From an uncultured Methanosarcinales archaeon (GTDB taxonomy: Archaea; Nanobdellota; Nanobdellia; Woesearchaeales; CAZYIM01), in the NCBI GenBank assembly GCA_964647565.1, contig CAZYIM010000005.1, positions 30,967 through 94,966 of the forward strand: a stretch of 64,000 nucleotides of DNA. The letters run 5' to 3'. Each line of letters starts with the position of its first letter. The first letter of the stretch is position 1. Shown in pieces: positions 20,185 through 28,578 of the stretch. The notes beneath the pieces are model-generated. The model worked only from the letters and a program-made list of their open reading frames with translations, did no database searches and had not been told where the DNA came from. A program made the translations under genes and the position numbers.

Positions 20185-21432
20185 TTAACTAAGAGTGGAT
20201 AGATTATCGCTGATTTTAAGGTTCGGTTGCCCTGTGAGCTGTGCGTAATAGTCCTTATTCTGCAGTTTAATCCTAAGCAGCATATCGTTCAGGATGTTCA
20301 TAAATGCAATAAATGCATCATAGGGGGAATCATAAGGGTTAAAGTATTTGTGGACATCACCATCGTTGAACCATTTCGTACACATATAGTAGAAATGGTC
20401 GCTCGTGGTAAGCTTTCTCCAATCAGCCAGTAAATTTTTATCACCAATGCTCTTTATGAATTTTTCAAGGTTGAAAAGCTGTTTTAAGGCTGAATTCTGG
20501 ATCTCATTGCCCATCCAAGCACTTAGATCCCTTTCAACATCTGCCCAAGAAACAAAGTTATGGATATCCAGTTCTGCCTTGGACTGAAGCTTGATCAGTT
20601 CAGATGGCGTCGCAAATCCTATGTTATTTTTCTTGAATGCCTCTTCTGGAAGATGTTCAAGAAAGTTGAAGATGCCACTGTCTTCCCATTGATGCTCACC
20701 AAAGGTCTCATAATCCATAAAAAGATTGACTACCTCGCCAGGCACCTCTGTCACCCAATTTGCAAATTTAACAGCAGTCAATGGATGTTCCTTCCAGCTC
20801 CTATCACCGAACCTAAAGGCAATATCATCACTCAGTTTATAGTTCTTCAATAACAGCTTCAGTTTTTCAGCTGTCTTAGGTGTGTAAACAAAATTAGGCG
20901 ATCTCCAGCCTAGCACATGATCTGCGCCTTCTGCTAAAATAGCCTTATATCCCAGTCCCTGGACAAAATTTGCTAACTCATTGTTATATATCAACTCTGT
21001 GTTCCGGAAGACAGAGGGTTCTACATTAAATAAGCGTTTCATTAGTTGTTTATGCATCAGAATCTGTTCCTTGAACTCGTCCTTTGAAAAAAGGAATGAA
21101 AGTGAGTGATAATAGGTCTCTGAAAGAAATTCCACACAACCTGTATCAGCCAACTGCTTGAAGCTCTCAAGTGTTTCAGGACTATATTTTTCAATCTGTT
21201 CAGCTACAACTCCTGTGATTGAGAAGGCTATCTTAAACTTACCCTTGTATTTCTGTATCAGATGAAGCAAAAGCCTATTGGCAGGCAAATAGCATTTGTT
21301 TGCCACTTTTTGCAATATTTCCTTATTTTTATTGTCATCAAAATAGTCTGAATTGTTACCAATGTCAAACACATTGTAGTTTCTTAGCCTATATGGCTGA
21401 TGTACCTGAAAATATATACATATGTTTACCAA
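20185..21432 (-). CDS. GH57 alpha-amylase
   Basis: YFQVHQP, ETYYHSL, RNTELIY, FMDYETFGEH, TSDHFYYM. Confidence 0.95.
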   Translation of the reverse strand: MVNICIYFQVHQPYRLRNYNVFDIGNNSDYFDDNKNKEILQKVANKCYLPANRLLLHLIQKYKGKFKIAFSITGVVAEQIEKYSPETLESFKQLADTGCVEFLSETYYHSLSFLFSKDEFKEQILMHKQLMKRLFNVEPSVFRNTELIYNNELANFVQGLGYKAILAEGADHVLGWRSPNFVYTPKTAEKLKLLLKNYKLSDDIAFRFGDRSWKEHPLTAVKFANWVTEVPGEVVNLFMDYETFGEHQWEDSGIFNFLEHLPEEAFKKNNIGFATPSELIKLQSKAELDIHNFVSWADVERDLSAWMGNEIQNSALKQLFNLEKFIKSIGDKNLLADWRKLTTSDHFYYMCTKWFNDGDVHKYFNPYDSPYDAFIAFMNILNDMLLRIKLQNKDYYAQLTGQPNLKISDNLSTLS

Positions 21433-21434
21433 AC

Positions 21435-22661
21435 CTAACCACCCATCAATTTGTTATATAATCTCGAGCATTTTTCAGCAGGAACATTCCAATTGAACTT
21501 TTTGATCTCATATTCGCCATGTGATTTAAGGGTGCTATGCAGGGATTGATAGCTCAATACTGCCACTATCTTATTAGCCAGTTCATCTATATCCCAAAAA
21601 TCCACCTTTAAACAGTGGTGCAGCACCTCGCTAACACCTGACTGCTTTGATATGATAACCGGCGTACCATTTCGTATAGCTTCAAGCGGAGTCAAACCAA
21701 ATGGCTCTGAAACAGATGGCATGACATATACATCAGCCATCTGGTATATTTTGTTGATCTCGTCACCCCTTAAAAAGCCAGTGAAAAGCACCTTATCTGA
21801 AATACCCAGTTCAGCTACTCTGTTTATAATCTGGCCTTCCATATCACCTGAACCCACAAATACAAACTTGATAGTAGGATCCAAATCCAGCACTTTTTTT
21901 GCAGCCTCAATAAAATAATCCGGCCCTTTTTGTAAGGTAATTCTACCTAAAAAAAGCACGATTTTGTCGCTTTTATTGATTTTAAATTGCTTTTTTTCAC
22001 CAAGCTCAATTGCGTTATGGATAACCTCGATTTTGTGTTCAGGTATTCCATATTTTTCCATAATAATGCTCTTCATAAAATGGCTGACTGGCACCACTTT
22101 ATCTGCCATTTCCATGCCTTTTTTTTCCTGCTCATATACCCACTGATTTATGTTGCTGCCACCGCTTCGGTTGAACTCTGTTGCATGTACATGAACCACA
22201 AGCGGTTTACCAGTTGCAAGCTTAGCATTTATGCCTGCTTGAAAGGTCATCCAGTCATGACAATGTATAATATCGAATTCCTCGTTTTCTGCAATGAATT
22301 TGGCCTTTATTCCAAACCTAAAAACCTCATCGTGTAGGTTGTGGCCATAAAGCACAGTCCCTTTGCTTTTACCACCAATTGCAAAGCTAATAAATGCCAG
22401 TTTTTCATCGTATTCATGGCTTGTCATATATGGCGTAATGATAGTCTTGATCTTCTTAATTTTGATATTCACGTTTTTGTAGACATTCTCGGCAACTAAC
22501 AGTTTTGCATAATCTGAGCTTGCATTTTCAGGACCTTTGGGCATCACAAAAGTTACTTGAATATTATGATGGCTTAGTCCTTTTACTAGGCCTAGACAAG
22601 CAGTGCCTAACCCCCCGGAATAGATCGGCGGAAATTCCCAGCCGAACATCAAGACTCGCAT
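21435..22661 (-). CDS. GT4 glycosyltransferase (glycogen synthase-like)
   Basis: GWEFPP..GGLG, HCHDW, HVHATE, QKGPDYF, MPSVSEPFG. Confidence 0.93.
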   Translation of the reverse strand: MRVLMFGWEFPPIYSGGLGTACLGLVKGLSHHNIQVTFVMPKGPENASSDYAKLLVAENVYKNVNIKIKKIKTIITPYMTSHEYDEKLAFISFAIGGKSKGTVLYGHNLHDEVFRFGIKAKFIAENEEFDIIHCHDWMTFQAGINAKLATGKPLVVHVHATEFNRSGGSNINQWVYEQEKKGMEMADKVVPVSHFMKSIIMEKYGIPEHKIEVIHNAIELGEKKQFKINKSDKIVLFLGRITLQKGPDYFIEAAKKVLDLDPTIKFVFVGSGDMEGQIINRVAELGISDKVLFTGFLRGDEINKIYQMADVYVMPSVSEPFGLTPLEAIRNGTPVIISKQSGVSEVLHHCLKVDFWDIDELANKIVAVLSYQSLHSTLKSHGEYEIKKFNWNVPAEKCSRLYNKLMGG

Positions 22662-22684
22662 TATTCACCTCTTTTATTTGCAAT

Positions 22685-22750
22685 TCTCACTAACAATATG
22701 ATTCCTAACTCTCACTAACAAAAAGTAATATCTTAATTCTGTTTATAAAT
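22685..22750 (-). promoter_or_regulatory. Glycogen-operon promoter with 12-bp direct repeats
   Basis: TCTCACTAACAA at 22685-22696 and 22710-22721; TTTATAAA at 22742-22749. Confidence 0.45.
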
Positions 22751-22884
22751 TTTGTGCAAGTCAGTACTCATAAATCATATAGTAACATATTTTTAAACTA
22801 TTAAATTTAATAATTTACTTATAAACTAAATTTAATTAACAACAAATAGAAAAATTTATATATGGGCTAGCCCTTAAAAGTATT

Positions 22885-23583
22885 ATGCGGGTTGAAAGTA
22901 TCCTGACTCCTTCAAGATGGAGCATTCTAAAAGAGGTTGCAAAACGCAACAATTCTGCTACAGAAATTGCTAAAAAACTCGGCACAAGCATAGCTAACAT
23001 TTCCCAACAAATAAAGCTTTTGGAAGCTTACAATTTTCTTAAAGAACGCCGAAAAGAAAAGCAAAATAAAAGCCCTGGTAAACCCAAAACAGAATATGAA
23101 ATTGGCAGCGAACTAATACAAATAACATATCTCCGAAAAGATATGGCTGGCAGAAAAACAGTGATGCTCAAAGAAAAAGATGCTTATTTTAAAACTATTG
23201 TCAACATCCTATTTCTACCCAAACCTGAAGATCCACCATTCATCATAAGGTTCCTATGCAAGTTTGAAAAACTTAGAGAAGTTGCTGAATCAGTGGCATT
23301 CATCTACTCTGACAATGAGAAAATTGAACTGCAGGTAGTAGCTCCAAAAATCGATGAAGCATTTGCAAAGCAGATTGATGGCGTAATCATAAAAAACATT
23401 GATGGAAGCTCCAAGAAAATCAAATGCTGGGTAAATACGTTTGAAGAGATAGTCGATGGTATAAAACAAGGCGATCTCCATTATATCGGACTAGTAAATA
23501 ACGCTCTACCCATTTTTGAACAAAAGGAAAACTTAATATATAACTTAAAGGAGAGGATTAATCAGAATGAACAAACTGGCTAA
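22885..23583 (+). CDS. ArsR-like winged-helix regulator with extra C-terminal domain
   Basis: RWSILKEV...SATEIAKKLGTSIANISQQIKLLE...PGKP. Confidence 0.8.
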   Translation: MRVESILTPSRWSILKEVAKRNNSATEIAKKLGTSIANISQQIKLLEAYNFLKERRKEKQNKSPGKPKTEYEIGSELIQITYLRKDMAGRKTVMLKEKDAYFKTIVNILFLPKPEDPPFIIRFLCKFEKLREVAESVAFIYSDNEKIELQVVAPKIDEAFAKQIDGVIIKNIDGSSKKIKCWVNTFEEIVDGIKQGDLHYIGLVNNALPIFEQKENLIYNLKERINQNEQTG

Positions 23584-23848
23584 GCTCATTGACAATCTGG
23601 ATGTTGAGGATTTAAAACTAATCAGGAGCGATCTTGAAAACGGCCATATTGAACGGTTAATAAACAAAAAGATTGAATTATCCTCTAGCAGATCTAAATT
23701 CTGCCCTGTTTGCCACAGTAATGTTGGAGGAGAAGGACTAACGCTCATATTCGGTCCCAAGGAATTCAAACAAAAGGCCTCATTCTGTGCTTTTGACTGC
23801 CTTGAATACTTCCTCAGTAAGCTTAAACAAAAAAAAGAGAGTGACTAG
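23567..23848 (+). CDS. Small Cys4 metal-finger (TRASH/MYM-like) protein
   Basis: CPVC...FCAFDCL; GAGGA SD. Confidence 0.65.
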   Translation: MNKLAKLIDNLDVEDLKLIRSDLENGHIERLINKKIELSSSRSKFCPVCHSNVGGEGLTLIFGPKEFKQKASFCAFDCLEYFLSKLKQKKESD

Positions 23849-23849
23849 A

Positions 23850-24104
23850 ATGACCCTGGCTGAAGTGAAAAAAATCATAGAAAAGAGAAAATACGACATA
23901 ATACACATCCTTAAATGCGACAATGAAGAGATGGAACTTTCCAAACAACACCAGCTTTATGGTGCAATACGGGAGCTAGAAACCACGCTTCGGATCATCA
24001 CATTCTACCATGACCAGGAGATTAAGCAAAAAACAGAATATAAGTTCCAAAAGGAACCCCGCGAGGATCTCAGAACCAAGATCTCTTTAAGATTGAAAAG
24101 ATAG
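23850..24104 (+). CDS. Small hypothetical protein
   Basis: ATG one base after the previous stop codon; predicted helical. Confidence 0.55.
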   Translation: MTLAEVKKIIEKRKYDIIHILKCDNEEMELSKQHQLYGAIRELETTLRIITFYHDQEIKQKTEYKFQKEPREDLRTKISLRLKR

Positions 24105-24106
24105 TC

Positions 24107-25546
24107 TTAAAACTTTTTCTTATTAGCTAAAAGCACTAGCACGAAATACAAGGGGGCTATTAAAAGTACAGTAATACCAACTAGCACTCTGAAAAAGACT
24201 GGAAGACCGAAAGTATGAGCAACGTATGATCCTAAAGGAATCAAAATGAGATAGGGAATCAGAACCAATATACCCATTGAAGAATAATACATCTTTCGTT
24301 GATACTCAAACATGATTTTTCTGGCCAATAAACCTTGTGCTATGCCTACAAGTGCAGATCCAAAAACAGAGAAAATTGCAGCTATACCCACTGTAAGAAT
24401 ATGTGGATTGAAAGCCATAGAAAGCGGCATCAAGGCAGACAACATGGTACCAAATACCAACATCGGAGCCATTCCGATCTCTTTGTCAACAATTTTTGTT
24501 AAGTTTGGACTAACAAAAGATGCCAGAATAGCCATAAAAAAGACTACTGCTACATTAAGGAAACCTCCAAAACCAAGATATTGAAATTCTTTATAGATGA
24601 AAATGCCATAATATGTGCTTCCGAGAAGCTGAACTGCTCCAAAAAGCAGAGAGGTTATTAGCAAAAGAAGGACTAGCTTATTCTTGAAAAAAACATGGAT
24701 ATGATAACTGAGCTTGTGCATATGATTTATAATAAATGCCTTAATAGGTACATCTTCCTCTTGGGTTTTGTCCTTAAGGGAAGAAAGCATATAACCTGAG
24801 AGAATAAACATGAGCGCTGTTATCTCAAATGAGAGCAGATAGCCAAATATTTTCATCGAGAAAGTCTTACCAAATAGGGTTAATGAAAAAATAGCTCCTG
24901 TTTCGGGTATTAGGTCCATAATGAAACCTGATAAAAGCATGGTAATACCTGTAATGAGTACACCATAAGTTGCAATCTTAAGCAAGAAATGGCTAAGGTT
25001 TTCTTTCTTGATACGAGACCAAATAAGATTGTTGAAAAGATCACCATAGCTAACAACACCCAATGAACCAATCAGAAATGCAAATGTAAATAGCGGAACT
25101 GAGCGTATCGACCTAGCTAAAGCTATAAAAAGGAAGCTAAAACCAAAGAGAATGCCTGAAAAACTGATAAGATTCTTGCCAATAGTTCTCAACTTGGAAT
25201 ATTCCTGGAGAAAAGAAGTCAAAATAATTGAGATGATAGCTTTCAGGCCATTGAAAAGACCAATAAGAAAAATCGATGCTCCTGTATGTAAGAACAGGAT
25301 ATTAATGAACTGTTGCGAACCCATACCATAACCTATCCTGTCAAATATTTCCTTGATAGTAAAAATACGAGTCAGTTTGTTTTTTTCTGAACTATGCAGA
25401 TCTCTAACTTTCTCTGTCACATGCCCTATCGCATCATCTATATCCTCTGCAGAGTAGCCTTTTTCTAATAGGTTGTCTCGAACTTCAGAAATAGGCACAT
25501 GATCTACTAACTCCTCTTTTATTAACTCTACTAACTCATCCTCCAT
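24107..25546 (-). CDS. MFS transporter with N-terminal soluble helical domain
   Basis: About 12 TM segments in two halves after a ~55-aa acidic helical extension. Confidence 0.85.
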   Translation of the reverse strand: MEDELVELIKEELVDHVPISEVRDNLLEKGYSAEDIDDAIGHVTEKVRDLHSSEKNKLTRIFTIKEIFDRIGYGMGSQQFINILFLHTGASIFLIGLFNGLKAIISIILTSFLQEYSKLRTIGKNLISFSGILFGFSFLFIALARSIRSVPLFTFAFLIGSLGVVSYGDLFNNLIWSRIKKENLSHFLLKIATYGVLITGITMLLSGFIMDLIPETGAIFSLTLFGKTFSMKIFGYLLSFEITALMFILSGYMLSSLKDKTQEEDVPIKAFIINHMHKLSYHIHVFFKNKLVLLLLITSLLFGAVQLLGSTYYGIFIYKEFQYLGFGGFLNVAVVFFMAILASFVSPNLTKIVDKEIGMAPMLVFGTMLSALMPLSMAFNPHILTVGIAAIFSVFGSALVGIAQGLLARKIMFEYQRKMYYSSMGILVLIPYLILIPLGSYVAHTFGLPVFFRVLVGITVLLIAPLYFVLVLLANKKKF

Positions 25547-25659
25547 AGGACAGGACTAATCAACTGCATATATAAAATTTTTGAATTTCGTCTAAGACTA
25601 ATGACAAAAAAAACAAGATTTATAAAGTTCGTCGCCATCTCAAATTATTAGTCTATAAA

Positions 25660-26910
25660 ATGTTCTTTTCATTAAAAGACCTTTTTAAAAAAAAGAGGGG
25701 AAGGATTGTAAAAAGGTGGGAGTTCGACTGCAAGAGTCACCTCTTGACCAAATCTGTTGTTGAAGATATTGATAATGATGGGAAGAAAGAGATCATCTTC
25801 GGCACCAAAAGCGGTGAACTCTTTGTTCTTCAGGATGACTGCAAACTTAAATGGGTATTTGACGTAAAAGAAGACATTGGCGATGTTGAAATGCTTTTTC
25901 TTGATAGTACTAAAATCAGTAGCATTGCCGCACCTCCAATTGTAGTGGATATAAACGAGGATAAGAAGAAAGAAATAATCTTTGGAACTGAGCTGGGCAT
26001 TGTATATGCACTTAATAACAAAGGTAAACTACTCTGGAAGTTCAAAGCAGGCGGCTCAATAAAGGGAGGTATTCTTTCTGTTGACGTAAATAATGATTAC
26101 ATCCCAGAATTAGTTTTTGGTTGTGGGGATAGGTATCTCTATGCCATAACCAATAAGGGTGAGTTAATGTGGAAATATGATGCTAAAGCCCGAATTGAAT
26201 CAAGACCAGAATTATTTGGAAATGACCAGATAATCTTTGGCTGTAATGACGGCAATATCCATTCTATCAACAAGAATGCCGAACTGAACTGGAAGTTCAA
26301 GACAATGGACAGGGTAATTGCACAACCAGCTGTCGCTGACCTCTTCAAAGACGGCCAGAAATATATAGTGATAGGCTCGACTGACAACACACTCTATGTG
26401 TTGGATAAAGACGGAGACCTGATCTGGAAATATACCACAGAAGGTGCCATCTGTTCAAAAGCATGCATCATAGATATTAACGAGGATAATCGACCTGAAA
26501 TCATCTTCGGAGCATGTGACAACAATGTCTATGCGTTATATAACAACGGAGATAAGTTCTGGTCTTATGAAACTGGGTTCTGGATTGTAGACCAACCTCT
26601 TATTTATGATATCAATAATGACGGTAAACCTGAAGTTGTTGTTGGTTCTTATGATAGTAACATTTATATACTTAGAGGCGAAGGTAACTTTATACTTGAC
26701 TATGTTCCAGGACTATCAGGTATGATACAACAGACAGGAATATACAGCAATATCATCACCAAGGATCCTGGAGAGATTCATGGCAAAAAACTCTGGCAAT
26801 TCAAAACTGAAAGCGTAGTGGTGGGTTGTTCAAACATTCCAAAAACAAGTAATATCATAGTCAATACACAAAAAGGAAAGATAAATAACCTAGCACATTC
26901 GAAAGATTAA
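25660..26910 (+). CDS. FG-GAP/PQQ-like beta-propeller repeat protein
   Basis: Repeated DINxDxKxEIIFG...G.L.WK(F/Y) units; no signal peptide. Confidence 0.85.
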   Translation: MFFSLKDLFKKKRGRIVKRWEFDCKSHLLTKSVVEDIDNDGKKEIIFGTKSGELFVLQDDCKLKWVFDVKEDIGDVEMLFLDSTKISSIAAPPIVVDINEDKKKEIIFGTELGIVYALNNKGKLLWKFKAGGSIKGGILSVDVNNDYIPELVFGCGDRYLYAITNKGELMWKYDAKARIESRPELFGNDQIIFGCNDGNIHSINKNAELNWKFKTMDRVIAQPAVADLFKDGQKYIVIGSTDNTLYVLDKDGDLIWKYTTEGAICSKACIIDINEDNRPEIIFGACDNNVYALYNNGDKFWSYETGFWIVDQPLIYDINNDGKPEVVVGSYDSNIYILRGEGNFILDYVPGLSGMIQQTGIYSNIITKDPGEIHGKKLWQFKTESVVVGCSNIPKTSNIIVNTQKGKINNLAHSKD

Positions 26911-26953
26911 AATAGGGGTAGTACATTTATAATTTAAAAAGAGGGTGAGGCAT

Positions 26954-27763
26954 ATGGATGTTGTTAATAAAAAAGAGGATATAAAGAGGATAAGAACCTA
27001 TATTCACGGTCTTGACGAACATATGGAGTATGGCGTCCCAGAAGAACACGTCGTTCTTGTAAGCGGTGGACCCGGAACAATGAAATCTTCTCTTTGCTTT
27101 AATGTACTCTACAATGAAGCTCTAAGAGGCAACAATAGCATCTATATCTCGCTGGAACAGTCTCACCAGTCACTAATCAATCATATGATCAATATGGGTC
27201 TGGACATGACTAAGATCAATCTGTTGGTCATAAAAGACCTTTCAACATTGAGAGTTGAATTGAATAAGATCAGCAACGCTAAGACCGGCACCATCATATT
27301 GGTGGATGTTGGCTGTATAAGAAAGGAGATTAAAGACCTAAATGTAAGCGATAACAAGAGCTGGATGAATGTCATCAAGAACATAGCCAAGAAGATACGG
27401 GCTGAAACCCAATGCAAGGTCTTTGTAATGGACTCGCTTGCAGCTCTCTATGTACTTTCAAGGTTTGAAAATCCAAGAATTGAAGTATTCTATTTCTTTG
27501 AGTTCTTAAGAGATCTAAAAATGACATCTTTGCTTGTGTCAGAAGGGCCTCCTGACCACAGCAGGTACGGTCAGTTCGAGACAGAAGATTTCCTTGCAGA
27601 TGGAATCATACAACTAAAATTGACTCCATTTAGAAGAAATATAGTCAGGGAGATCAACATTGTCAAGATGAGGGCGACTAAGTGTAACAACGATGTCTTC
27701 TCACTGGAAGTTAAGAACGGCCAGTTCCACGCATTGTATGGTGGGCAGAATCCTTTGTTGTAA
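26954..27763 (+). CDS. KaiC/RAD55-like RecA-superfamily ATPase (single domain)
   Basis: GGPGTMKS Walker A variant, YISLEQ, VMDSL, FLADGII, IVKMR; GGTGA SD. Confidence 0.88.
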   Translation: MDVVNKKEDIKRIRTYIHGLDEHMEYGVPEEHVVLVSGGPGTMKSSLCFNVLYNEALRGNNSIYISLEQSHQSLINHMINMGLDMTKINLLVIKDLSTLRVELNKISNAKTGTIILVDVGCIRKEIKDLNVSDNKSWMNVIKNIAKKIRAETQCKVFVMDSLAALYVLSRFENPRIEVFYFFEFLRDLKMTSLLVSEGPPDHSRYGQFETEDFLADGIIQLKLTPFRRNIVREINIVKMRATKCNNDVFSLEVKNGQFHALYGGQNPLL

Positions 27764-27841
27764 AGGGAAAAAAATAAAAAGCATCTATCGTTATCTTGTT
27801 TTTTATTGGGTAGTTCGTCTGAAATCTATAAGTTTTCAAAG

Positions 27842-27997
27842 ATGACTAGATTCGAATGTGCTGTATGAGGATATGTGTATGATGAAGAAAAAGAGATCAA
27901 TAAATGGACTGATCTTCCAGATTATTAGTGCTGTCCTGTATGTGGAGGTTTAAGAAATATTTTCAAGGAAATTGAGGTGAATACTAAAAATGACTAA
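27842..27997 (+). pseudogene. Rubredoxin pseudogene (two in-frame stops)
   Basis: Translates MTRFECAV*GYVYDEEK...WTDLPDY*CCPVCGG; TGA 27866-27868 at a Cys position, TAG 27926-27928 at a Trp position. Confidence 0.85.
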
Positions 27998-28541
27998 AAC
28001 TGAAGAAAATTTAAAAGCTGCCTTTGCTGGTGAGAGCCAGGCAAGGAACAAATATACCTACTTTGCAAAAGTAGCCAGGAAACAAGGCTTCCATTATATT
28101 GCAAAGATATTTGAGGAGACTGCAATAAATGAGATGCAACACGCCAAAGATGAGTTCAAGCTACTCAAAGGCATAGGTGACACTGCCGCTAATCTGCAGG
28201 CAGCCGCAGATGGCGAACACTATGAAACCAACGAGATGTATCCTGAGTTTGCCAAGGATGCCGAAGAAGAAGGCAACGAAGAGGCAGCCATACTTTTCAA
28301 ACAGATCGCCAAAGTTGAGGCTGCGCATGAGGCCAGGTATAAAAAATTGCTCGAGCTAGTCAATAATGACTCTGTCTTCAAGAGAGGCAAACCCATAAGA
28401 TGGAAATGCTCTAAATGTGGTTATATCCATACAGGCGAAGAACCTCCTAATAAATGCCCTGCATGCAAGCATGCCCAGGAGTATTATGAGCCTGAGTGCA
28501 TGTGCTTTGCAGATGACTGTGGATGTTGTAATCCAGGATAG
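27990..28541 (+). CDS. rbr: Rubrerythrin
   Basis: AFAGESQARNKY, EMQHA, EAAHE, WKCSKCGY...CPAC. Confidence 0.95.
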   Translation: MTKTEENLKAAFAGESQARNKYTYFAKVARKQGFHYIAKIFEETAINEMQHAKDEFKLLKGIGDTAANLQAAADGEHYETNEMYPEFAKDAEEEGNEEAAILFKQIAKVEAAHEARYKKLLELVNNDSVFKRGKPIRWKCSKCGYIHTGEEPPNKCPACKHAQEYYEPECMCFADDCGCCNPG

Positions 28542-28578
28542 AAAATTCATTTTTTTATTTTTATAATTCAGAATCAGA

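Noticed and set aside
27866..27928. Selenocysteine or genome-wide stop-codon reassignment
   Set aside because: A second, different stop (TAG at Trp) is in the same frame, and TGA/TAG terminate many intact genes here; no SECIS recognised
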